From a virus (lineage: Duplodnaviria; Caudoviricetes), in IMG/VR virus record IMGVR_UViG_3300032257_000008, positions 9,024 through 73,023 of that record: 64,000 bases of DNA; one strand, written 5' to 3'. Under the pieces are notes generated by a model. It saw nothing but the letters and a program-made list of their open reading frames with translations. It was not told the origin of the DNA and searched no databases. Shown here piece after piece: positions 52,981 to 62,283 of the stretch. Each line of letters starts with the position of its first letter. Position 1 is the first letter of the stretch. The position numbers and the translations under genes are program-made.

Positions 52981-54195
52981 TTACAATTTACCAGCCATAG
53001 CTTTTTCGAAATCTTCATCCGACATAGCCAAAGGATTAAAATCATCCTTAGCTTTACTATTGCTGGTGCTTTTGGTCGTACTTGCAGCACGTTTTTTACT
53101 TTTACGTTTAGATTCAGTTACCTTTTTCTTAGTAGCTGTATCTTCAGTCGTAGTATCCGCAGATTTACTATCATCAGGCTTTGGATCGAATCCACCCTGA
53201 GCATTGATCGCATCACCAACATGTTTATAGGCTTCTAAGTCAGAAAGCCCCGGGAGTTTACCTAATGCTCTTTGATGATCAACAACATCCATTACACGTT
53301 TGTAAATGCCTGTTGCTACATGATCATTAATCGTACTAAGTACCTGGGGATTACTTACAGCAAAATCTCTGCTCTTATCGTCCCATTTATTTTTAATGAT
53401 ATCGATCGTGTCTTCAAATGAGTCTGTATCTTTGATCTCAGCAAGTACGCCATCAAGTTCCACTTCTTTATCATCTACAGTGTAATCTTCTGTGGGTTTG
53501 TAATCCGCATTAGATTTCACATCAATATCCAGTGGATCAATACCACTGTCTTTGATTAGTTTCTTAATAGCTTCCGGATCTTTTTTATCCAGATCTATTA
53601 AGTAAGTTAACTTACTTTCATCAAGTAAATTGTTGTTATCAAGCATCTTAAGTACTTTAAGACCTGGCTTCATTGCTGCCATTTTCTTATTGTAGTTAGC
53701 ACCCATTTTCATGAATGTAAGAGCTTCTTCAACAGAGTTAACCTGCATATCTTTTCCGTTTGCACGGAAAGGAGCGAATAACTTAGCTAACTCTGTTTTA
53801 GCGTCAGTTTTGTCATCGTCCTCATCTTTATCAGAGTCTTTTTCTTTATCGTCATCTTCCTTGTCTGCATCAGTGTCGTCGTCACCATCTTCAGATTTAT
53901 CATCCTCAGCATCGTCGTCTTCATCAGTTTTATCGTCGTCTGACTCATCATCATCAGAAGCATCATCTGCGTCTTCATCAGAATCGGACTCATCATCCTT
54001 AACATCTTCATTATCATCTTCATCCGAATCATCATCAGAAGAAGAATCATCAGACTCTTCAGTAGTACCTTCTTCAGGAATACCACCATTAGCAAGAAAT
54101 TCTGTAAATTCCTCATCACCCATACTTAAAGGATCAACTTCAGTAGTTGTACCCTCTTCAGTAGTGGTGCTTGTATCTGTTTCTTCTTCAGCCAT
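52981..54195 (-). CDS. N4 gp57-like protein (acidic; scaffold/tape-measure annotation)
   Basis: Long D/E-rich linker, FAPFRANGK, MKMGANYNKKM, DFNPLAMSDEDF. Confidence 0.85.
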   Translation of the reverse strand: MAEEETDTSTTTEEGTTTEVDPLSMGDEEFTEFLANGGIPEEGTTEESDDSSSDDDSDEDDNEDVKDDESDSDEDADDASDDDESDDDKTDEDDDAEDDKSEDGDDDTDADKEDDDKEKDSDKDEDDDKTDAKTELAKLFAPFRANGKDMQVNSVEEALTFMKMGANYNKKMAAMKPGLKVLKMLDNNNLLDESKLTYLIDLDKKDPEAIKKLIKDSGIDPLDIDVKSNADYKPTEDYTVDDKEVELDGVLAEIKDTDSFEDTIDIIKNKWDDKSRDFAVSNPQVLSTINDHVATGIYKRVMDVVDHQRALGKLPGLSDLEAYKHVGDAINAQGGFDPKPDDSKSADTTTEDTATKKKVTESKRKSKKRAASTTKSTSNSKAKDDFNPLAMSDEDFEKAMAGKL

Positions 54196-54197
54196 GA

Positions 54198-54545
54198 TTA
54201 TTCACCATCATCTTCATGCTGTAACTCTTGAAGAGCTTCTTCATGACTTTCAAGTGAAGCTTCCATAGCAATACCAGTTTGCATAATCGAGCTCAGGTAC
54301 ATACGTAAATGACCGATAGCGGTAATCTGATCATTGATAGTTTTCTGGGCTTCCGGACTTTGTTGTGAAGGTTCAGCACGTATTAACACAAGACGACTGG
54401 CTTCATCACGGAAATAACCATCACCAATAATAGTTTTCCACTCAGGAGTAGCAGACATTTTAGCCAACATTTCCATAACACGAATAGTTTCTTTCGCGTC
54501 TTCAATACTAAGTTCAACTTGTTGTATTTGTTCTTCGGTATTCAT
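54198..54545 (-). CDS. N4 gp58-like protein
   Basis: IQQVELSIEDAK, GDGYFRDEASRLV; between portal and gp57. Confidence 0.8.
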   Translation of the reverse strand: MNTEEQIQQVELSIEDAKETIRVMEMLAKMSATPEWKTIIGDGYFRDEASRLVLIRAEPSQQSPEAQKTINDQITAIGHLRMYLSSIMQTGIAMEASLESHEEALQELQHEDDGE

Positions 54546-54577
54546 TTACATGTGTCCTCTTACGAGATAATTAATAA

Positions 54578-56692
54578 TTAACCTAAAGCGGCTAACCCTG
54601 GGATTGGAGCATTTTCATCTCCTTTACTTTTAGGCGCAAATAAATTATCTGCAGCCTTAAGGTCTAACTGAGTTCCACGATCGTGATCTTTTATATCAAG
54701 GTCACGTTGATGCTTCACACCAGTCTCTTGCTCGAGAAAATCTAAATCTTTTTTGTCAGCATCACTGTTAAGATTCTTAGCTTTAGCTTGCTCGGTTTGA
54801 GTCTTAGCTGCTTTGAGTCCAACATCGACTGCGTTTTCTTTACCTTTAGCCTGTTCATTGAACACTTGCGCTTTGAGTAATTCTACTTCAAGTAACGCTT
54901 TCTGTTGTGCAACAGGGTCAGGTTGAGGTTCATAGTCTTCGATCTGCTTAGAAAGAGTAGGCATTTTTCTAAGTCGAGCAATATCTGTTAGGACCATTTT
55001 GGAAATACCTGGGTCGATATTGTTGCCCATAGTTTGTAGCATAAATGCTAATTCTTGGGCTTTTTCATTATCGGCTTCCGCAGTACTAATAGATAACTTG
55101 AGATCAAAGTTACCTTCCAAATCGTCCCTTCGGATTTTAATAAATTGTTCATTGGTAACCCGAACTACTTCTTCTTCATCCAGGAATTCAGCATTCATGC
55201 TGATAAATTTACGACCAATTTGTTTTATACCTTCAGCAAGTCTGCGAAGGATATCTAATTCACGTTTAGATGTAGCATCAAGCGCACTACGTATACCAGT
55301 AGCTGTTGAGCCAAGTGCTGCACCACTAATACCATTATGGAATGCTTTAACACCGGTTAAGCTTTCAGCTTCAGCATTCTGCATGTTTAACATTACTTCT
55401 GCAGACTTAGGTATTTCTGGGTAAGTATGCATATGGAATACCTGGCGTGGATCTACATTACCATTAAACTCATAATCCATACCTTTATCGAACTTACGCT
55501 TATTAGTTACATCTAAAGCGTCTTTACGAATACCCATTTGACCTGAAGCACTTCGACCCATGATATCTATCATTCCACGAGTTACAGCACCAACTACTTT
55601 CTGATTATCTTCAAGAAGCATACCATCTGGCTCACCATATACAGATTTACGTACTGGTAAGTATTGAGCAACAACAAATGGTAATTTTTTATCTGGGAAT
55701 GGGGCTTTCTCCATACGAATAATTGTTCGGTTTACATAAGTAGCAATAATAGGGACTAGTTTGTTGTCACCTTCAATATCCCAATAGCCCCAGTATTCTT
55801 TAGCTACGAATAATTTACGGGCATCATCTTCAAAGTTGAAATTGGTAACATCATCTGACTCATGATCAGGAGCACCTAATACTGTTGTCTCGGATAAGTT
55901 AATGCGATCCAAGTTAAAGTAACGGTCATCTCTTTCTAATTCAGAAATAGAAGTCTCAAAACTTTTAATTACAAAACGAGCTTTATCCATATCACCATGG
56001 CATGAAGGATCAATCACTACATTTTTATAATTAAGCACTTCTACAGTAGGTTGGTTTCTAATAGTAACCATCTTAGTAACTGGACGAGTACCAATCTGTA
56101 TTTGTTCTACAGGTGGTTGCCCGGCTATTTGTAGCTCAGCACGTTTTCGAATATCAGTAACTACCTGAGTACGAAATACTGGTTCTTGAATTACACGTTC
56201 TTCTTCTTCGAAATCCCAACCAGTTTGTACAATTACTGTACCTTCATCTACTGCGGTACGGATATACTCATCAATAAAAGATACTTTATTAATCTTAGTA
56301 TTAAATTGATTATTAAGTACTAAACCATTCTGTATTGCTGCCTGCTTATCTTCAAAAGATACAGGAGCGGTATTAAAGATGTCTTCAGTACTAAGGAATG
56401 GCTCAGATAAACTGGCATAGCGCCATTCAGCTTGTTTACGTATTAGTTTAGGTGCAACACTGGATCTGCCCTTAACTTTCTTAATTTTTGCAGAACCTTC
56501 AACATTAAGATTATCTATCCATGTCTTAATTTTAGTTGTTTGTGTCTCATGAGCAGGTTTAGCGTTATCAAAGTCGTTACTAAAGTCTTTAATAGTTGGA
56601 AGATTATCCCAGTCAGGTAAACCCTTCTTAGTATCTTCATCACTAATATCAACTTCTTTATTACTTTGTAGTGCCTGGTTAGCTTCGTTCAT
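54578..56692 (-). CDS. portal protein (N4 gp59-like)
   Basis: PKLIRKQAEWRYASLSEPFL, NNQFNTKINKV, ALDATSKRE, QELAFMLQT. Confidence 0.93.
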   Translation of the reverse strand: MNEANQALQSNKEVDISDEDTKKGLPDWDNLPTIKDFSNDFDNAKPAHETQTTKIKTWIDNLNVEGSAKIKKVKGRSSVAPKLIRKQAEWRYASLSEPFLSTEDIFNTAPVSFEDKQAAIQNGLVLNNQFNTKINKVSFIDEYIRTAVDEGTVIVQTGWDFEEEERVIQEPVFRTQVVTDIRKRAELQIAGQPPVEQIQIGTRPVTKMVTIRNQPTVEVLNYKNVVIDPSCHGDMDKARFVIKSFETSISELERDDRYFNLDRINLSETTVLGAPDHESDDVTNFNFEDDARKLFVAKEYWGYWDIEGDNKLVPIIATYVNRTIIRMEKAPFPDKKLPFVVAQYLPVRKSVYGEPDGMLLEDNQKVVGAVTRGMIDIMGRSASGQMGIRKDALDVTNKRKFDKGMDYEFNGNVDPRQVFHMHTYPEIPKSAEVMLNMQNAEAESLTGVKAFHNGISGAALGSTATGIRSALDATSKRELDILRRLAEGIKQIGRKFISMNAEFLDEEEVVRVTNEQFIKIRRDDLEGNFDLKLSISTAEADNEKAQELAFMLQTMGNNIDPGISKMVLTDIARLRKMPTLSKQIEDYEPQPDPVAQQKALLEVELLKAQVFNEQAKGKENAVDVGLKAAKTQTEQAKAKNLNSDADKKDLDFLEQETGVKHQRDLDIKDHDRGTQLDLKAADNLFAPKSKGDENAPIPGLAALG

Positions 56693-56736
56693 AGTTACTC
56701 TTAATCATTAAGTAGTACTAGCTAGTTATATTGCGA

Positions 56737-56765
56737 ACTATACCAGTAACATTAGTGTAGTACAA
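56737..56765 (-). promoter_or_regulatory. sigma70-type late promoter TTGTAC-17-(TGg)TATAGT
   Basis: Exact 17-nt spacer and extended -10, upstream of the portal gene. Confidence 0.65.
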
Positions 56766-56817
56766 ACAACAACTTATAGTTAATTGTTTATCCTTTAGGC
56801 TACCTTTAGGTATTATA

Positions 56818-57282
56818 TTAGTAATCATTTTCATCTTTAAGTTTATTTACATCAATAATAGATCTAAGAGATGCTTCATCATTAGCACCATCAATATCTA
56901 TCTGTAATGCAGCATCTTTTTTTCTTATATCTTCTCTAGCATTCTCAGCTGCTACTAAATCAGTGCCGGGAATATTCTTAACTATGATGTCATCATATGG
57001 TTTAAATTTCTTATCTCGTACTAATCTACGCATAGTATGTGTTAGTTCTTTTGCTTTAGTTACATCTAAACCAATAAAATCTTCAGGATTACTATCATCC
57101 CAGGCATTCCTAAAAAGACGATCTTTTGGTAGTTCATTAATAGTAGCCCTACGATAAGACACTGTTCCTTCTGGTAGGGCTACCTTTATTAGATCTTCAT
57201 AGGAAATACCATCCCCACCTTGAAGTACTCCTACAGACCCATCTTCCATTGTAATAATGACTCTTTCTAATTCATGGTTCAT
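56818..57282 (-). CDS. tail fibre assembly/chaperone-like protein
   Basis: GGAG SD before ATG 57282; ELPKDRLFRNAW...DVTKAKEL; directly downstream of the fibre gene. Confidence 0.6.
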   Translation of the reverse strand: MNHELERVIITMEDGSVGVLQGGDGISYEDLIKVALPEGTVSYRRATINELPKDRLFRNAWDDSNPEDFIGLDVTKAKELTHTMRRLVRDKKFKPYDDIIVKNIPGTDLVAAENAREDIRKKDAALQIDIDGANDEASLRSIIDVNKLKDENDY

Positions 57283-57283
57283 C

Positions 57284-60200
57284 TTAAACTCCAAAAAATA
57301 CAGCTGAATTATGAACATTATCTACTGCTGCTCTACTTGTACCTGCACTTGTCCAGTTAGTCTCTAATCGAATTTGTGAAACAGTTTTTAATAGAGAATC
57401 ATTATCCATTTCCATTACATGTGTAGAACCAGTCCCAGTTGAGTTTGAGGTTGTTTGTCCTATAAACACGTAATTTATATCAATGAAATTTGCACTAAAG
57501 GTTATTGTAGGTTTGCCTGTACCTGAATCAAGAAATGCAGATATTCCGTAACTTGCATGCATAGCAGCTGTACCTACCATACTGAATTCTAGCCAGGCAT
57601 GTGGGGCCAATTGTGTAGCTTCCATAGCTACTGCTCTCCATTCAGGTTTGGGAGCTATTTCATTACCTTGTGAATAGTATAAAGTGCCACTGTTACTCAC
57701 CCAGAAACCACCTGCTATTCCAGTATGAGTAGGCTTAGGTGTATAAGCAGTTGGCCATAATTGTAAAGCACAACCCTGACTGGTTGTTTGATCATTCTTT
57801 ATTGTTACAACTGATTTACCTGTACCGGGGTTACCTTGTAACCAAGCAGCTTCAATTTCATTACCTAATACTTTTAATGGTATTATGCCCGTGAGTAGGT
57901 TACCAAAAGTTCCTCCAAATTGGGCTATAACTTCATCACCATCATGATTTGAAAGACCAATACTAGCTATAATATCGTTGTATGAGCCATTAAGTCGGGT
58001 GACTACTAACTCATTCCTATCTTGTAATAAAGCTATTCCTTCACCTTGTGCAATATACGTACCTGAAGGTAAGGAAGTAAAACTCCTATTCGTTATACCA
58101 GTTAGTGTAGTAGCGGTTTTACCTGTGTAATTAAATTCATCTCTTGATACACCATCACCGGGTACAATTACAGCTTTACCTGAAGCAGTAAAATCTGTGG
58201 TATCTCCGACATCTATTGTTGTAGCACCTGCTGCTGTCACAGATGTTGTTAGAGTACCATTTCCATATACTGTAGAACCTTTAATACTACTAGCTTCCAT
58301 AGTAGTACCAGTAATAGCACTACCTGTTATGTTTCCTGTAACAGTTAAGGCTGTACCATCCCACTGTAGGCTATTATTAACATCTCCAATATTAAATTTA
58401 TAAGCACTACCACCAACAGTATCCCAACCTAAGAAAAATCCAGCATCAGTATCTGCAAATGATGATTTGTAGTAAGAACGTATACCCCCACCATCAGTTA
58501 TACCATCACCAAAAACTACGCCACCTGAAGTTATTGAAACTGTAGCTTCAATTTCATCAGAAGTAACATCTGCATTACTCGGTGGTTTAGTACCAGTTAA
58601 AGCACTATAAGCCAAGCTATCCTGAGTAGCTAATGCGCCTTGTCCCAAAATAGCCGCTGCATCTAATAAGGCATCAGAAATAGTGCCGGTAAAAGTTATA
58701 CCAGCTGTACTAGTTATTAGAGATACGTTCCAGCCATCATCCCATTGAGATAAAGCAAAGTTAGAATAGCCTGCTTGAAAATCTCTAACAGAGATCTTTG
58801 GATAATCCCATATACCTATATCAGTTTCATCTCCAATAACAATACAGCATTTAGTTCCATCATGCCCAAACCTAACTGTGTTATTAGCTGTTAAGTTTCC
58901 AAATATTTGAGCAAATTCTTGATTCCAGTTAGTAGAGGTTGAATAGTTATATCCACCTAACGCTATAGAAAATGAAGCGCCAGCTGCATACTGAAATACA
59001 TCCACCACCATTTTCATCATGGTGCTAGTCCATGATTGCGGTAAAGTTATCTTGATGGCGCCATCTTGATTATTTGCGTTAATACTTAGTGATGCCCCTA
59101 CCGGTCTCGCTATTGTTAATACGTTATTATCTGTAATACCATTAGATACTCGATAGTCTGTGTAGTCAGTTACATCGGCATTATCAGCAATACCAGTAAG
59201 TTTCGTACCTTCTGCAGCATTGACATCAGATAAGGAAGTAGGAATACCAGTTATATTAGCGTAACCAGTAGAGCCAGCACCAATATTAACAGTACCTGCA
59301 ATATCTAAAGAAACACCATCCCAACGCACATAATTAGATGCATCACCTACATCTAATACATAAGCAGCTTCAGTAACATCCCAACCTAAATAAACACCTC
59401 CAGTAACATCACCGTAAGCATCTTTAAGATAAGTATGTATTGCAGCTGTACCATTTAATACGATACCACCAGAATCTACTATTACAGTAGCATCCATAGT
59501 TTTCTTAGTATCATCAGCTCCATCGACTATTGGATTATACGGAGTCCAGTCAGTGGCTTGTTTACCCTTTTCAAATTTAACATCATAAACAGTAACTGCA
59601 GCAGTTGGATTAGTTGAAGATGTAAGTTTAAAAAATCTTAATGCAGCAGTGGCCATATTTGCATTTGCTGAATTAAATACGAATTCAAACTTAGTATCAG
59701 TCGTAGGGACTGTTACCAGAAACTCTGGCAAGGTATCAGGGTAAAGATCTAATCTAAAGTCTGCATCAGCTATAGTACTGCGAGCCCAAAAAGAGCAAAC
59801 ATAATTAGTATTAATTTGTAATGGTGGTAAGTCGAAATTCATTAACTGTGTAGACGCAGCAGAACTAGGCATTGTGAACCCCCAGTTTGCTAAACCTTCA
59901 TTCACAACTGTTAATGATCCGGAATTACTATTAGGAGATGTTAATCCACGAATGACGTAGTTAGCCCCACCTACATCTGTCACATCAGCATTGTCTTCTG
60001 GTTTACCGGTACCAGAAACACCATCCCAGGCAGCAGTGCCACCCAGATTAGCTGTATCAGTTAATAATCCAGTCTCATCAAAACCATTACCCACAACTTC
60101 CCAGTCACCAGAAGTAGGACTTGGTGCTACCAGGGCCCGGTACTGAACTTTAGTTGAAGTGTTATAAAACAGATCACCAATACCTTCTACAGTAGTTGGG

Positions 60201-61384
60201 TATGCTGTACCGGTGTAAGTTGTAATTTTTCCATCAGCAGTTGCTTGAGCAGTAGCTACTTCAGCAATAGCTTGAGCTATCTGAGAATCTTGCGCATCTA
60301 CCCATACTGGATCATCCCAATATCTAGCATGCATATTGTCATCGAACCAAAGATCACCATTATCAGCTGATGTAAGACCTGTAGGAGCAGTAGACTGGAA
60401 ATAAGTATTAATCTTACCGTCTGCAGTACTTTGAGCAATTAATACATCTGAGTCCTTTACACTATCCCAGGTAACACCGTTATATCTTGCAGCTTCATTA
60501 CCATTATCTGTGTCATACCATAGATCACCAGTAATAGGATTAAGTGGTGCGGTTGCTTGGTAAAATACAGTTATATCTCGGGTAGCTAAGGCACCTGCAT
60601 CTGTAAGGTTCGCAATACCTGAACCAGCCAAGATCTTAAGATCTCCAGCAATTGAGACATTACCATTATCATCAACAGAAAAATTAGATACGTAGGAAGG
60701 ATGATTATCAGCGTAGCCATTAGAATGGCGAAGCATATATGTTCCCAGAGCATCATCAATGAATCCCATCTGAATACGTGAACTACCCAAAGCCAGGCCT
60801 GATTCATCATCGTTTAAAGTACTTCCATTGGCTGAGGCGGTAAAGATATCCGCAAGAGAAACTTTCGCTGCCATAATACCAGCAGCAATTTTACCGGCTA
60901 CCAATGAGGCAATACGAGTAGATGGAATAGCATCCGGTCCCATATTAGCTTCAATAAATGCTTGATCAGCTGCAGTAACACGTAAACCCCAATTACTAAT
61001 ACCAGGTATCTCATTTGCCTGGGTATTATGAGGATTACCATCTACGATATGACTAATAGGGGTATAACGTAAGTCTCCCCGGGCATCATTATGGTATTGG
61101 GGATGATCATCATTAGCTAATCCATAAGTAGAACTATGATTAACCAGGTATAAATCTTTAACAATAGTATCAGAAACAGTTTGGACAACTATCTCAAAAC
61201 CAGACTCATCAATGAACATTTGTTCTGGTGAATCAGTAACTACTACTTGTTCTACTGAATTGTTTGGAATAGCTTGGGTAGTTTCTGTAGTCGATACTGT
61301 ATGCTCTAGCCCTTCAACTATAGCTTGAATTTCCTCAGAGGTAACAGTAATTTGGTTACCATCATCAACTACAATAATACCCAC
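57284..61384 (-). CDS. tail fibre / receptor-binding protein, mosaic with repeats and a CBM-like module
   Basis: DDHPQY..RGDLRY, repeated APxxGDLW(Y/F)D units, three NADVT repeats, CBM-like SFWAR...KFEKGKQATDWTP, C-terminal AWLEF...DSGTGK..ITF. Confidence 0.8.
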   Translation of the reverse strand: MGIIVVDDGNQITVTSEEIQAIVEGLEHTVSTTETTQAIPNNSVEQVVVTDSPEQMFIDESGFEIVVQTVSDTIVKDLYLVNHSSTYGLANDDHPQYHNDARGDLRYTPISHIVDGNPHNTQANEIPGISNWGLRVTAADQAFIEANMGPDAIPSTRIASLVAGKIAAGIMAAKVSLADIFTASANGSTLNDDESGLALGSSRIQMGFIDDALGTYMLRHSNGYADNHPSYVSNFSVDDNGNVSIAGDLKILAGSGIANLTDAGALATRDITVFYQATAPLNPITGDLWYDTDNGNEAARYNGVTWDSVKDSDVLIAQSTADGKINTYFQSTAPTGLTSADNGDLWFDDNMHARYWDDPVWVDAQDSQIAQAIAEVATAQATADGKITTYTGTAYPTTVEGIGDLFYNTSTKVQYRALVAPSPTSGDWEVVGNGFDETGLLTDTANLGGTAAWDGVSGTGKPEDNADVTDVGGANYVIRGLTSPNSNSGSLTVVNEGLANWGFTMPSSAASTQLMNFDLPPLQINTNYVCSFWARSTIADADFRLDLYPDTLPEFLVTVPTTDTKFEFVFNSANANMATAALRFFKLTSSTNPTAAVTVYDVKFEKGKQATDWTPYNPIVDGADDTKKTMDATVIVDSGGIVLNGTAAIHTYLKDAYGDVTGGVYLGWDVTEAAYVLDVGDASNYVRWDGVSLDIAGTVNIGAGSTGYANITGIPTSLSDVNAAEGTKLTGIADNADVTDYTDYRVSNGITDNNVLTIARPVGASLSINANNQDGAIKITLPQSWTSTMMKMVVDVFQYAAGASFSIALGGYNYSTSTNWNQEFAQIFGNLTANNTVRFGHDGTKCCIVIGDETDIGIWDYPKISVRDFQAGYSNFALSQWDDGWNVSLITSTAGITFTGTISDALLDAAAILGQGALATQDSLAYSALTGTKPPSNADVTSDEIEATVSITSGGVVFGDGITDGGGIRSYYKSSFADTDAGFFLGWDTVGGSAYKFNIGDVNNSLQWDGTALTVTGNITGSAITGTTMEASSIKGSTVYGNGTLTTSVTAAGATTIDVGDTTDFTASGKAVIVPGDGVSRDEFNYTGKTATTLTGITNRSFTSLPSGTYIAQGEGIALLQDRNELVVTRLNGSYNDIIASIGLSNHDGDEVIAQFGGTFGNLLTGIIPLKVLGNEIEAAWLQGNPGTGKSVVTIKNDQTTSQGCALQLWPTAYTPKPTHTGIAGGFWVSNSGTLYYSQGNEIAPKPEWRAVAMEATQLAPHAWLEFSMVGTAAMHASYGISAFLDSGTGKPTITFSANFIDINYVFIGQTTSNSTGTGSTHVMEMDNDSLLKTVSQIRLETNWTSAGTSRAAVDNVHNSAVFFGV

Positions 61385-61387
61385 AAA

Positions 61388-61807
61388 TTATACCTTTTCT
61401 TTAAGTGTTTTATAGCATCTCACAGGTACTACGGGTATTGGCTCATTATTAGAATACTCTGTTTTACCAGTACGTAAAATAGTTTTAGTTTCTGACCCAA
61501 TAGTTCGTTTAAGACTTCCAATATATTCCCCATCAGGAACTGCACTTGTATCTTCCCGAGTGACTGGAATATAGGCAATACCTAATGCAGCATTATCAGC
61601 AACAGTTGTATCTGGTGCATCAGCAATAATAGTTGCTGCAATGTCATAAGTGACACTCATAGCATTAATAGTAGATTTTTCGTCTTTCTTAAGTACTAAT
61701 TCAAATACAGCTGTAGATAAATCTATAACCGGATTATGTGATACTTTCACATTAAAAGAGTCATCTTGTACAAAATCTTCACATACTCTAAGAAGTTTAG
61801 CTGGCAT
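61388..61807 (-). CDS. beta-rich virion adaptor (BppU-N/Ig-like) protein
   Basis: QDDSFNVKV...IDLSTAVFELVLK...GIAYIPVTREDT..VPDGEY; AAGGA SD. Confidence 0.5.
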   Translation of the reverse strand: MPAKLLRVCEDFVQDDSFNVKVSHNPVIDLSTAVFELVLKKDEKSTINAMSVTYDIAATIIADAPDTTVADNAALGIAYIPVTREDTSAVPDGEYIGSLKRTIGSETKTILRTGKTEYSNNEPIPVVPVRCYKTLKEKV

Positions 61808-61816
61808 GATTTATCC

Positions 61817-62137
61817 TTATTTTACTCTAGGGGATACCCTAATATTAATAGGAGATGATGGGTACTCTTTACCAGAAATTATAATCAATGCCTGTATTTC
61901 CCATACTCCATCTGCATCTAAATCTGTAGTCACTGTATCGTATTCTAATTCACCATCTGTACCATCACCGGTAAATACACCAACTACAGTTGAAGCAACT
62001 GCTCCTTTTCGTTTTAGTATAATGTTTTTAGTGCTAGCTCCTGAAATGTCTATAGGAAATCCTTCTTGGTCTACAATAGTAAAACGAAGTTGTATGGCTT
62101 GCCCAACAAATATTAAATCTTTTTTATTAGCAATCAT
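61817..62137 (-). CDS. BppU-N/Ig-like virion protein
   Basis: LRFTIVDQEG.PIDISGA...DGTDGELEY...DLDADGVWEIQA. Confidence 0.55.
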   Translation of the reverse strand: MIANKKDLIFVGQAIQLRFTIVDQEGFPIDISGASTKNIILKRKGAVASTVVGVFTGDGTDGELEYDTVTTDLDADGVWEIQALIIISGKEYPSSPINIRVSPRVK

Positions 62138-62283
62138 ATTTTCATTTCCATTTTTAATTGTTGAGTTACAGCTAAATCTTCATTAATGGATTGAGTGATA
62201 TAAAGATTCCCTAAATTTATAGAGACCAAAGCTACTTCTTTTGGTCCACTAGTCCATCCTCTTAAGTAGTTTAATATAAACAT
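62134..62283 (-). CDS. small hypothetical protein (49 aa; not in ORF track)
   Basis: TAATG coupling at the start and ATGA overlap at the end; MFILNYLRGWTSGPK... Confidence 0.55.
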   Translation of the reverse strand: MFILNYLRGWTSGPKEVALVSINLGNLYITQSINEDLAVTQQLKMEMKI

